NCBI GenBank assembly: GCA_012295275.1
Contig: CM022675.1
Span: 2,604,001 to 2,668,000, forward strand
Length of the DNA: 64,000 nt
Direction: 5' to 3'
DNA from: Chrysomallon squamiferum
Taxonomy: Eukaryota; Animalia; Mollusca
Shown in pieces: positions 29,691 to 52,335 of this stretch. Made by a program: the position numbers and the translations under genes. Under the pieces are notes generated by a model. The model was not told where the DNA came from and did not search any database. It saw nothing but the letters and a program-made list of their open reading frames with translations. Position 1 is the stretch's first letter. Each line of letters starts with the position of its first letter.

Positions 29691-30851
29691 ACTTGTTGTT
29701 GTTGCTGTTATTTATGATGATGACGTCGTTGGTGGTGGTGGCGTTGTTTCATTGCTGCTGCTCAAATCATCAACTTATTAAAAGAAAATGTCGGAAAGAC
29801 AGCTCTTGTAGACGAACAATTATCGTTTCTAAATAACTAGACCACCATTTTGTAAGTTTTTTTTTCATTAATAACTAATTTTTTCGCCTTCTGACGGGAT
29901 ATATTTTCAAATTAGTATCTACTTTGAGGTTTAGATGCTAGTGATGATTAATCGTTGATATTTCGTTCAGTACTGATATTTCTGTCACGTTTACACAAGG
30001 ACAATTATATATATTAAACTGTATAAAATTAAGAATGCATTTTATTTTTATTAACAGAGGTACACTTCGTAGAAACAGTACTGTTGTTTCTGACCGTAAA
30101 TGGAAATATGAAGTTATTTGTGACGGCTGGGAACCTGGTTTTCGTCTCTGTTTTCTTAAACTACGCGATGAAGGCGATGAATGTCTATCTGTACATTTGT
30201 TGTGTTCAGGTATTTATGTTGAAACTATCAGTTTACAATAGGTTTGAAGTTTCATTACTTATTTTATTTAATAAGTTTCTTTTAATTTCCTTTGAGACTT
30301 TTCATAATGTTCACTGCCACATAGTCCAAAAATTACGAAAATTGTACAACGCGTAATTTCAGTTTTGTTGTGAATATATATTGGCAATTACCGGTCATAG
30401 GAAACAGAAATAAAGGAAACAATATGAATTCCACAAATAATAAAAGGTAAATGACAAAGGGATTTCCGTATTTCCTAAATCTGTGTTATCCTTGACTGTA
30501 TTTGTTGACATATGTTTTTTTTTTCTTGTAGGCAGCACATTAGGATATGAATTACGCCTAGTTGGTGGCCCAACCAGTAACTACGGTGTCGTTGAAATAA
30601 AACAGAAGAATCAATGGGGTAAAGTATATGATAAAGAAGTCAATGCAGGCGATGCTAAAGTTATGTGCAGAACTCTTGGTTATAACGAGTAAGTCAACAT
30701 TGAAACAATTCAACTTGACTTCAAAACATGCAGCAGTTCCTCGCTATGAAGAATATTTTAGAAAATATCACAAAAGATGAAACTTTCAGAAAAAAAGAAG
30801 AATAAAAGAATACAATTAAATAGTAACAACGATAACAATAATAACAATAAC

Positions 30852-30888
<37 letters not shown>

Positions 30889-30893
30889 GTAAT

Positions 30894-30927
<34 letters not shown>

Positions 30928-31336
30928 GTAATAGTAATAATAATAATCAAGCACGACAATTAAAGTAACAACTTTTTATGTTGTATTTTTTTTTTTATTG
31001 ATTTTTTGGTTCTGTGTTTTATTTTATTTTCGTTTTTCTTTGTAGTTTATTTATTGATTTATTGATTTATTGATTGATTTATTTATTTATTAATAGAAGT
31101 TACGCAGCAATACTACTATCTGAGTATGAGCATAATCTGACGTCAAGCAACAACCAAGTTTGGACAAGAAATGTAGAATGTCCAAGATTCGAAAAGAATA
31201 TTACTCTGTGTCGCATTAATTTTATTTTCAACGCCGATGATGAAAAGTATATAGCCTTACTGTGTGCAGGTAATGTCCGCTAGATAACAGTCAAAACATA
31301 CTTACCAAACATTCTTATTATCTGCATTTTGTTTTA

Positions 31337-31369
<33 letters not shown>

Positions 31370-31594
31370 CATTTCCTGTTTTGAGAAAAGCATTCATTGT
31401 TTTTCATGCTATAGACATTGGAATAAGTTATGGGATAAAACCTAACTCAGATATGCTGGTTTGCTAGAGCTTATACATATTTCTTGATGTGACAGACAGA
31501 ATCTTCTTCTCTTTTTTTTAAATTTTCATTTTGATTTAAATTTAAATTTTAATTAAAATTTTTAGTTTTATTCATTCATTTATTAATTTGTTTC

Positions 31595-31668
<74 letters not shown>

Positions 31669-32609
31669 GCTGTTGTTGTTTATTTATTATGTTTTATCCA
31701 GTAGAAGACAATTCAGAGATTAAAATTCGTCTGGTGAATGGCAGTTCAGAACGAGAAGGTCGAGTAGAGATTAAATATCTTGGAATGTGGGGCACAGTCT
31801 GTGATAAATATCATACTGATTACAACGCAGCTGTTTACTGCAGAATGCTGGGTTTTACTAAGTAAGTTATTAACAAGGATTATTATATTTACTGCAGAAT
31901 GCTGGGTTTTACTAAGTTATTAACAAGTATTATTATATTTACTGCAGAATGCTGGGTTTCACTTAGTAAGTTATTAACAAGGATTATTGTATTTATTGCA
32001 GAAACTTCGATTTGACTAAGTAAGTAATTTTAATCACACAATATAATGTTTAGTTTTCTTTTTTTTCTAAATTGGGTAAACTCCTTATTAAACAACTTAG
32101 TCCAATATTCCTTAAAAAATATCGATACATGGCCTCTCTTACAGTTCAAATGCAACAGCAGTCGGTTCAGCTTATTTTGGTGAAGGATCAGGACCTATCT
32201 TTCTGCGTGACATTCACTGTTTGGGAAATGAAACCAGTCTTGAACAGTGCAATCTTCAATGGGGTAACAGTGACTGCAAACACAACAACGACGCCGGTGT
32301 GATATGCAGAGGTAATATTCAAAACCTGTTTCTAACTTTACTATTTTCATTCTTACATCCAAGTATTGTTTATAATAGTTCGAGTTGCAAATACAGTCAA
32401 AACAAAACTAGTTTTTTAAATTTCAGTTTCGTATGTCAGTGTTTCTAAGCCAAATACAGCAAAATAAACGTAAATAAAATCGCATATAAAATAATGTAGG
32501 GAAATAAAACAAATCACTCCTGTTAAATTATCGATATATACATCCAGAGTGCTCGAGTTACGTATACACACACACAAACACAAACACATGGAGAGAAAGA
32601 GACAGAGGC

Positions 32610-32708
<99 letters not shown>

Positions 32709-34103
32709 AGAGTGAGAGAGTGTGTGAGCGTGTGTTTGTGTGTGTGTCTTCGACAGTTTACTTTTCAGTGGAGAAACTTTATGTGTGGTTATGATGAAGA
32801 TTCTAGTGTGATATGTGTAAGTAACACTAGATAACTGTTAACTGTCATAATTCCGTGTTTATCACAGTTATTTATAACATTATTATTTGCAAATAAATCT
32901 GTTAGGATTTAAGTCATTTCGTTTTATGACCTTTCCTTAAGATGGGTTCAGCACAAGCCATTATATATATATAAAAATTAAATATTCATTTAAAAGTGTA
33001 AAAAACATTATAATAATTAAAGATATTTCGAAATAATAAAAGAACAAACCAAAGAGAATAGGAATATTGTTCAAAAACACACATAAACACAAAAAAGCAA
33101 ATATACCCAGCAACATCATACACACACTGAAATACACACACGAAGGAAGATTTGTATATAAAAAAGTTACTAAATATTAGGTTTTTTTTCATTCAGTGTA
33201 TATTAACATATGTAACATATAATAATATTCTTTGAATATCAGGAATTAAAATAATAAAGATGTGATAATATTAACTCATTCAGCTTTGTTACTATGTTAT
33301 TTAACTACACAGATGCGACACTATTATCTTTCCAAAGTTTTGAATAAAGCTTGTATAAACTAATGTTAATTATAGAATCAGAGCCAGAATCTGGTGCAGT
33401 CACAGTGGAACCAGGTACTCTCAGAGTGGAGTCATGCACTGCTGATAATGAGAAAACTGGAGAAGACAGTGAAACTTTGAAAATCATCGAAGACAGGTAA
33501 TATTTTATTTTTCAGTCTAATTATACACAAATCATTGATTAGCAACCACCACGGATCTTTGTTTCTTTGGATAAAAAATGACTATTCTAGGATTTGAATT
33601 GTTCTTCAAAATATAATAATTATTTGTCGACAAACGGTGACTATGAGTCTACAATAGACTAACAATTAGCTTATCTAAGAAGATTAAACACTCAGACTTC
33701 TACTTCGAGAAAACAATGTCTTCATTCCTAGGACGGACCCAATAGTACGGAAGTAATATCATTTAACAATATAATCAGTCCTATCTGTTATCAGTCACGC
33801 AATCATCGTTAGTTTAACCAGCACGAAACAATCAAACAGAAATGAAGTTTAGTTGTGACTGGTTGATATTTGTGTTTCTTTTTTCAGCTGTCCTTCGTCT
33901 GAGATTGGTAAACTGATGACACAGGAACCTGAAAGATCAGGAAACAACGTCACATTCAAGTTGAAAGCTTTCACCTTCAACAAAAACAACAAAGTCTCTA
34001 TAGAATGTTCTGTCAAAGTTTGTCCTCCAGATCAAAAATCTCTCTGTGACCCAGTAAGTTATATAATTTCTGATTATAGTTTTGCATCGGTTACACTAAA
34101 TGT

Positions 34104-34152
<49 letters not shown>

Positions 34153-34582
34153 CCAATACATAAATAAATAAATAAACATGTAAATACATTTATAATTCAA
34201 TAATTTTCTTGTTGTTGATTTTTTGTTTGTCTAATCTTGTTACTACTACCTGTATGTGTTTCAGGAAATAAAGAAAGAAAAAAATAACGCTGAGAAATGT
34301 CTGTAAAATGACAAATCTAATGATCTGACTATATTCATGTGTTAAAATGTTTATATTTATAATTTTAGGTGGACTGCAATGGCAGGCCAGGGTTTGGAAG
34401 AAAACGGAGATCAACTGAAACATCTGATGAAATTGTCAGACAGACATATACTGTTGTGGAGGTGATGAATGAAAATAAAAAACCAAGTGAGTTTTGTTTT
34501 GATCGTTCAATTTATTTATTTCATTAATTTGTTTTCTTACCTTAAACTCATATTTCTGATTATGTAGATAAAAGTAATAATG

Positions 34583-34615
<33 letters not shown>

Positions 34616-34857
34616 TAAATAAACACATACTTTTTCAATGTATATAAATTGCTAGAAGTTATAGAAACATCTGACATTTAAAATCTCCTTACATTCTAGG
34701 TGACTCACAGACATCAGGTGACAAGCAAGGATCTGATGAAGTCGATGTCAGCACCACGATTCTGATTATTCTCTGTGTTGTCATGGTGATCATCTTCTCA
34801 CTTGTCATTTGGATTGTGGTGGTCGTCTTCCTAAGGAAGAAAAAATCGAATCAGTAA
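24909..34857 (+). CDS. G2: complete EGF-EGF-ZP(SRCR x4 insertion)-furin-TM protein, about 893 aa
   Basis: 19 coding exons, all GT-AG and in phase, 2682 nt total: 24909-24960 ([17 protein letters not shown]), 25656-25778, 25967-26104, 26479-26666, 26917-27071, 27370-27506, 27740-27784, 28089-28230, 28812-28984, 29366-29525, 30058-30209, 30532-30688, 31097-31269, 31705-31861, 32145-32311, 33376-33496, 33888-34053, 34369-34486, 34700-34857. An acceptor at 24896 implies an upstream non-coding exon. Confidence 0.92.
25656..27071 (+). CDS. G2 EGF1, EGF2 and ZP-N exons
   Basis: [13 protein letters not shown]..; [22 protein letters not shown]; [33 protein letters not shown]; ..VSVTC. Confidence 0.9.
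27370..27784 (+). CDS. G2 ZP linker and first ZP-C strands plus 45-nt micro-exon
   Basis: ..[32 protein letters not shown] / [15 protein letters not shown]; resembles the IHP and 'V.xGd.Ltl.i' start of invertebrate ZP-C. Confidence 0.75.
28089..32311 (+). CDS. G2 SRCR1-4 cassette
   Basis: Eight exons (phases 1-2-1 per domain) with lengths 142/173/160/152/157/173/157/167, matching paralogs. Confidence 0.92.
33376..34857 (+). CDS. G2 remainder of ZP-C, RKRR furin site, TM and tail
   Basis: [49 protein letters not shown]; TM followed by RKKKSNQ*. Confidence 0.9.
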
Positions 34858-35420
34858 AAGGAAGATGTCAACAAACACCAGATTTAATGTAGTAGCAAAC
34901 TGAACTTGAAATCAGTTTAAAATTTTACGTAAAGTGGCTATTGTCTAATTAACCTTTTTTATTTTGCTTTTTATTTAATTATTTATTTATTTATATTATC
35001 TACTTTTTTATTAATTTATTTATTTACTAATTTATTATTATTTTTTTTATTATTTATATATTTATTTATTTATTTATTTATATGTTTATTTATTTTAAGT
35101 ATTATTATTTTTTGGGTGTTGGGGGCTTCCTTACTTCTTTTGACATGAATGTCACTGGTTTTTTAATCGCTTGAAAAACATGGATTATTTTCATGACTTC
35201 CCTTTGAGTATATTCTTTCAATTTGTTTGTCATTTACTTATTTATTTTATCATTATTTTTTTTTTTTCTGTTGGTATCAGTCTTGATTTGTTAGATTATT
35301 ATTTAATGATTTGTTTTGCATTTCGTCTTCTAGACTTTGTATTTATTTTTATTGTATTTGATTTCATTGTTATTCTTGTTCTCGTTATTGTTGTTTTTGC
35401 TATTATTTTTATCATTATTA

Positions 35421-35479
<59 letters not shown>

Positions 35480-35499
35480 GTTATTGTTATTATTACCTT

Positions 35500-36127
35500 C
35501 AGATTTCGTCATTACATATTTCTTGCTTCTTTATATTTTTTCGAAATGTAATTTTTAATGTTCTTTTGCCTTTTGCTTTAATTAAATATCCAAGACTTTG
35601 AATAAAACTTGTAGCAATGAATGTCATGTGATTTGTTTTCTTTATTAATTCATAAACCGTGCTAACATATTGTTTGATGCACATGTTACTTACGAAATTA
35701 CTTCTCTACTTTGATCTTCATTTGTTTTGATTATTTACTTTCGTCGGGTTATTATTCTAGATAATTTCAATTCAAACTGAAGATCATCAAATGGTTTCTA
35801 GATATTTACGCAATTTTAATTACACTTGAGTTAGGGCTTCGTTTTATGCTGCTGTTATTGTATACATGTCTACCAAATAGTGAGCACAGAACAGTAAGAA
35901 GATGTATTTTATGCGCCTCTAGATCCAATATTCACAGACATACTTGTGTTCTATTCATGCAAAAATTACAAAACTCTTTTCCTGAACTTTAAAAAATGGA
36001 AGTCACAACGTATTTAGTGAAATTTAGCAGTTTCCAGTAAAAAAAATTTGCAATAATTTGTATTAGTAACTTGCTAAATAAAATCCAGCATTATCCATGT
36101 ATTTATTTATCTATTTATTATTCTTAT

Positions 36128-36202
<75 letters not shown>

Positions 36203-36910
36203 TTCCAGTTTCTTGTTTTGCTTGCATTGCATAAATCTTGGTTCCTTTTATTTTTATTGAAATTTGTCTGTTTATTACTATTTCACCTTTTGCTTTTGTT
36301 ATGTTTCCAAAAGTTTGAATAAAGCTTGTTGCATTGCATTTTATGTGATTTGTTTTCTTTGTTAATTAATAAACCTTGCTAAGTTATCATCTGGTGTGCA
36401 TCTACAGGTTTCTGAAAATAACTTCTCTGTTTAGATATTCAATTTTTTTTTCATGCTCTTATTGAAGGTTATGTCTGTTAAAACTGATTTCTTGATACTT
36501 ACGTAAATTTAATGGCATTTGCGTTAGGGCTTCGTTTAATCGTGCATTCTTTATATATATATATATATATATAAAACAGTATAGAATACTGAACAGTAAA
36601 GAGACACATTTTATGTGCCTGTAGTTGCAAAGTTCATACACATATCTGTGTTCTGATCATAGAAAAACTGCAAGTTTCTTTTTTGTTTTGTTTTTTTAAA
36701 TTTATTTTAGGTTACTTTGTGAAACCCGGCAGTGAAAAGCTGTTATAATAATTATTACCACTAGTTTACTTAATAACACTCAGCATTTTCCAGTAAACCA
36801 TTGTTATAAAATTAAATAAAATTTAGTAATTTGCATTAATCAGTTATAATCATTCTTAATAACTTATTTAATAAAAGATAGTATTATATAGTACAATGTT
36901 TTTATAATAA
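35500..36910 (+). repeat. Tandem duplication of the G2 3'-end/polyA region
   Basis: ttgAATAAA..cttgt (35601, 36318) and gttagggcttcgttt (about 35830, 36522) each occur twice. Confidence 0.75.
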
Positions 36911-37564
36911 TCATAATTTTTAAAATAAATATATATATTTTTTTTTCAATTTTATCATTACGTTCAACTTTTACCCGAAAGCCTGTTCAGGTAAATAAAT
37001 ACTTAAATCTAAACCTAATTCTAATCCTGAACATAACACTAAGCATAAATCATAGCGGTATCGTTGCTTATACCATGATACCTTTATACAAAAAAAAAAG
37101 AAAAAAAGAGTTGTATTTATCTTTAAACAAACACTGATACAGCTCTAACATAGTGTTTCTAAAACGAATACGGGTAAACAACACTAAACTTAGACATGAG
37201 GTGCATTTTTAAGATTGATGTATGTGTGTTTAAGCATGATTCATCCTGCCTGACAAGCTTGAGAACTAAATATCTTGAAACTGGTTACATTGACACTGAA
37301 TTCAGGACATCGTTCTCTTTTAACTTGCTTACCTCATTTACCATACAAATAATTTAATTCATCGTCAAGATTTTGTTTCTGACAAAATCGACGCAGTGTT
37401 TGAATTCATTTTGCCATCAAAGCTGATAGTAAATAAATTAGAGTGAAACATTCACTCCCAGTCACCCGTGTGTGACGGTCAGGTTGACATTCTCCTCCGT
37501 AATGTACTTTTTCGTTATATGTGATCATTCTGTAAAAAATGTTGTTGATTTTTTATTTTTTTAA

Positions 37565-37599
<35 letters not shown>

Positions 37600-37620
37600 G
37601 TAGTAGTAGTATTATTGTTG

Positions 37621-37703
<83 letters not shown>

Positions 37704-38661
37704 TGTTTTTAATTCTGGTTACCTGAGTGGCTATGCTAATTGTGATTTACTATTTGCAGTAGCAGTAGTGATAATGAAAACATTAGTAGTAGTATTAGCA
37801 GTAGTAGTAATATGAACACACAATAAATATATGATCTGTACATTTTAAACAAGAAATACAAACCTACGTGCACCGCCTCCCTTTCTACTTAATTTTCTCT
37901 TTCTCTGCCGATTCATTAATCTCATTGCTTACTGTTATTTCTTTTATTATATATTTTTCAATTATAGTCTACTTTTTTAAAATTATTATTATTACTTCTA
38001 TTTTTCTTTATCCCCTCTCTGATTTTAACTGTTATGGTAAACACAGTTGTATAATTTTATTTATCCCATACACCAGCATAGATATCGGCACATATTAGTT
38101 TCACTCCAGTCACCACTGTGTGACAGTGACCTTGACACTTCGCAATGTATTTCATCATTTGTGTTAATTCTGAATAGCAGTTCTCTTTTTCTAATTTATT
38201 TATTTATTTATTTTAATCTGGTTATCTGAGTTGCTATATTAATCATGCTTAACAGTATACTAGTAATAGTAGTAGTAGTAGAAATAGTAGTAGTAGTACT
38301 AGTAATAGTAGTAGTACCAGTAGTAGTAGTAGTAATAGTAGTAGTAGTAGTAATAGTAGTAGTAGTAATATGAATAAACCATAAATAATTTACAAGTTTA
38401 TTTTATATTAAAACAAACACAAAATCTGTTTCTATCCAAAGCATAACCCAGGCTATGTTGTATCTGAACATGTCTTACCTGTCTGTCTTGTGTTTTGTGA
38501 CGCTGTGTGTATACGTCCGTTTCCTTTTCCGTTCATTAATCTGTGTATTTATGCATTTTTTTCTTGTTGTTGTTATACATTTATTTTTCGATTTGATACA
38601 TTTTTGGTTATAAATATTAATATTATATATATGTGTGTGTGTGTGTGTGTGTGCGTGTTTT

Positions 38662-38792
<131 letters not shown>

Positions 38793-39084
38793 AATGTTTT
38801 TATTATTTAAATTTCCCTTCCTTCTTTATTTATCGGAATTTATGTTTTATTTTTACTGTTGTTATTTTATAGTTTTCTCTTATCACATTTGAAATGTTTT
38901 GTACTAAAATATTCCTATGACTCGTTTCCTTTAGTAAGTGTCAAATATTAATAGAACATTATTTCATTTTCTTATGCATATTACTTATCACATTTCTTTT
39001 CAGTATTGTTGTTCCTTTTTATTGTTATTATTATCATTATTAATATTATTATTATTATTATTATTATTACTACTACTACTAACG

Positions 39085-39116
<32 letters not shown>

Positions 39117-39138
39117 ATTATCTTTAATTTTGTTTTCT

Positions 39139-39174
<36 letters not shown>

Positions 39175-39402
39175 TTAGTTTGTTACTTTACTGACTGTGA
39201 GCGTTAGTTTACAGTGACATTAAATATATTCTGATTGACCTAGACTGAACATTACATATGACAGGATAGCCTGCCGTTCGGACATCTTCCTCCACAATAT
39301 AGTTAATAATACTGAATTGTATCTGGTCATCTGGGTAACTATATTAATCGTGATTGACTCTCCTACTACAAAAAGCAGTTAAGGTGTTGTGTACATGTGT
39401 GT

Positions 39403-39453
<51 letters not shown>

Positions 39454-39937
39454 GAAAACAACTTCTCTTCTGACCCCTGTATGTCTCACCGATATCAGAG
39501 TAATCCAGTGCGTGTTTGTATGTGTGTGTGTCTGTGTGTGTCTGTGTGTGTCCTTTATTCCTTTTTATATAATATATTTTTAGTTTTCATTTTATTATAC
39601 TTCCAGTATTTTTTTCTATTAAAAGATGATGCGACTTTTCAGTGAAACTGTAAAACTAATTTGAAGAAAGTATTAAGAAAAGAGTAAACAGATTTGGAAT
39701 TTCTTAACGTCGCCGTCTTGTAGTAACGTAAAAACACGAACAGTGAATCTGTGCACTCAGCTGTGACGACAGCAGGCGCCCTTATTATGCAGCAACAACT
39801 ATTTTGTTTAATTTCGTCTGGGTTTTTTAAATGTAGCCCACAAACCTGTCTACCATTCTGTTGTCATCTCGAAACGTACTTTTTGTTATAGAAAATTAGT
39901 TCACAGTTGTCTACTTATTTAATACTGGACACACACA

Positions 39938-39999
<62 letters not shown>

Positions 40000-40363
40000 C
40001 ACACACATCTATATGCATATCCGTATACATACTCACGTTTGAACGCAGTTAATCATCAAGGCTAATTTATTTAAAATTAAAGTGTATTTTAGTATGTGTG
40101 TTAATTCTGTATGACATTTTTTTGCTTCTTTTTCTTTTTTTATAGTTTGTTTACCTGACTCTCTATATTACACGTGATTGACTCTATACAGTATATAACA
40201 GTAGTTGTTATAGGAAAGGTAGGAATAGTAGCATTAATACTAGCAGTAAACAATAACTAAATTATATCTTATATTAAAGTTTCAATTTAATTGAAAAATT
40301 AAATTACGTGTAAATACAGACAACGTGTCTACCTTGTGTGCTATTTTCTTTTTCTTTATTTTG

Positions 40364-40675
<312 letters not shown>

Positions 40676-42139
40676 TTTATATATAACGAAATATTTTGCG
40701 ATGATAAAAGCACCTGATATTTTGTCATTTAAATTTAAAAATTAGATTCATGAAAGTTAAGTGAGAGGTTCTGTCAGTCATGTTTGTCAGTATGAAGTAG
40801 CCTCAGTAGTAGTTCTAATAGTAGCAATAGTTATAGCAGTAACAATAGTAGTAGCAGTAATGTGAATAAATAATAACAGCAGTATATTAATGTCAGTTTA
40901 ATTAGAAATTAAAACAAAACTCCTTCTACCTTGCTGTGTGCATGCCGTTTGTATACCTACCTATATTGTATCAGTGAATGCAGATATATATATATATATA
41001 TATATATATATCTGTTTCTCTATTTATTGTATCAGTGTATTCATATTTATTTTTCTATCTACCTACATTGTATCAGCGTATGCATCTAAATATGTACCTG
41101 TCTCTCTATCTATCTAATTCGCAGTATCTCTGTTCATGCATCTGTTTCCTTTTTTCATCTGCTATCTATTTATTTCGCGTTGTTAATTTCATTATATCCT
41201 AGACCATTTCAGTCTAGTTTATTGTTGTGGGTTTTTTTTTTTGTTTTGTGTTTGTTCGTTTTATAATTTATTTATCCTTTATTCATACAATACTATTACT
41301 ACTACTATTACTACTTCTACTACTACTACTACTACTCCTACTACTACAATTATTACTGCTACTCCTGAATCTTGTGAAACATGATTAGTATAACTACTTA
41401 GGTAACACCATTAACAAAATAAAAAAAATTAAAACAAAATCAATAAATAAATTAAAAGAAAAAGTTGTCATAAAGAATTAACACATGCCACTGAATGATT
41501 CTTACTACTGATATCAGTATTAGTGTTAGCATCAGTAGTAGCAGTGGCAACTGTAGCAGTAGTAGTAGTAGTTGTTGTTGTTGTTGTAGTAGTTGTAGTG
41601 GTATTATTAGTAATAACGTAATGACGTAACCGCATTAAAATAAATAAATAAGCATGTGCAATCTATGAATTTAGGCAATCTTAGGACGATGTTTTAGTTT
41701 CTTTTCTTAATGTTATATTAAACGAAAATAAAAAATATGAGTGTAAAGTATTAACTTCTCTCTTAAACAACATTTAAAACAACCGAATAAAATAAAATAA
41801 AATAAAATAAAATAAAATAAAATAAAATAAAAGGAAGTGTTTTTATGTGTGAGTAGATAAAACTATTTTGAGGAAAACATTAAGTAAATAATAAACCTAT
41901 TTGAGCATAAAAACACGAGCAGTGGATACCCGCACTCATCTGTGACGACAGTAGTCTCCCTTGTTATGTCTCGACAGATATTTAGTTTAGTTTTGTCTGT
42001 TGTTAAATGTAGCAACAAACATGTCAGCCTTTTTCTTGTCATCTCTAAGCGAATCTTTGTTATAGTAAATTAATTCACAGTTGTCTTTTCTCTTTAGTGC
42101 TGCACATATAGAGGTATACTGCTAGTACTACTACTTCTT

Positions 42140-42415
<276 letters not shown>

Positions 42416-43642
42416 TTGCTATTCGTTCAGTTGCTGCTGCTGGTAATAATAATACTCCTACTACTACTACGACTACTGTTACTACTACTGTTACACTTGA
42501 TGGTAATGGACGAAAAACACTTCTTGAAAGATTTCACTATAAGTGTATGTATTGACAATATTAAACTGGAGAAAAAAATAAGTTGAAGAATCAGCGATAG
42601 AATAACACCAAAGATAAAACTGAATAGAGAAATTAAATAGAAGACAAATTCCTTTTTGTTTTAAAACTATTCATAATTATAATCAGTACCGGTATTAAAT
42701 AATAACACTCGATATCAAGCGATTCTGTGTAGTCTTTACTTATTGGTCGTAGTGACACCTGTTAACATGCCACCAAAAGTTCAGTGAATTTTCTCACTCG
42801 CCTGCCTCTTTAAACAAGTAATCTTTTCTGTAACTATTTACACACATCGAATTTTAATGTCGTTACGTATGTTTGCTTTCTTTTTTGATTCGGAAAAGTA
42901 ATAATCATAATAATAATAATAATAATAATAATGACAACAACAACAACAACACAAACAGTAACAACAACAGCAACAACAATAATAATAATAATAATAATAA
43001 TAACAATAATAATAATTGTAACCAATTTTTTTTTAGTAATATAGAAGAAGAATAAGGATTCACACGTACAGTAATTTAAGCTAGAAAAGTAAGGAAAAAC
43101 ATCGTTTTATGCATGACAAAAATATGATAATTACAACAAGAACCTTCATCTTTGAAACAGCAGGGGGAAAAGGCTTTTCTTCTGTCATGAATTTATACAA
43201 TAAGCCGAAAACCCAGAATATAGTAATGATAATAATTATATAAACAAAAAATAAATCTCAACTAATATCTACGACATATTACAGAAAACAAACTACAAGA
43301 GATGCACCCCAGTAAGCTTTATTCAAAATAAAGCAAATATATAAAAATACAAAATAGTAACAAATGAATTAAAAGAAGTAAAAAATACGAATCAAGCTCC
43401 AGGAATAGGAAAGCAAGCAAGAAACAAAAATAAAGAAAATAAAACTAAATGTAAACATAAGAATATCAGTAATAATAATAAGAATAATAATAATATAAAT
43501 ATAAAAGGCAACGCCAAAAGCCCAAACAAAAACATTTTCCTTTTATGCCAGGTAAATGAAATGAAAGAAAGGTGTTGCGTATATTACAAAACAATTTGGA
43601 TTTCAGTAATCCAAACCACAGCTGAAGAAAAAAGTAACCCAT

Positions 43643-43703
<61 letters not shown>

Positions 43704-43903
43704 AATAATAATAGTAAAAATAACTAGAGGAAAAGAAACAATATTAAAAGGAATAAAAAAAGCAATAAAAGCAAAACGAAATTTGGCAGAAAATTAAGTC
43801 TGACGATAGCGAATTTGATTTTATAAGCATAAGATCTTGAATAATAAATAAATAAATAAAATAAAATAAATAGATAAATAAATAAGGAATTGAAATAAAT
43901 AAA

Positions 43904-43946
<43 letters not shown>

Positions 43947-43948
43947 GC

Positions 43949-43979
<31 letters not shown>

Positions 43980-44041
43980 GCCACATCAGTTGAGAAAAAA
44001 GTGTAGTTCTCATCAAACAATAAAATTAAGTATGTATATAT

Positions 44042-44138
<97 letters not shown>

Positions 44139-44425
44139 CAAGCACACACACGCAAAACAAAATTATATATAACTGGTTAAACAACAACAAAAACAACAAC
44201 AATGAAATAAAAATCAGAAGAAAGAAAATCAGAGAGAAAACAAAAGAAGACAAATAATTACCAAAACTTAATGTAGTTAGTGAAGTATGCTAAAGCAAAG
44301 AAAACCTTTAAACAAAGGCAATTTCACCTAAAGGTAACAACAGTTTTCAACTTCAGTTTGCTACTACAGTATATGCAATATTTGTCAGGTTAAGTAAATG
44401 TCATGTTTTTGACATCTTCCTGCTT

Positions 44426-52335
<7,910 letters not shown>

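Noticed and set aside
24909-34857. Naming the genes DMBT1
   Set aside because: They share SRCR and ZP domains but lack CUB domains, have N-terminal EGFs, two-exon group-A-like SRCRs and a different domain order; orthology is unsupported.
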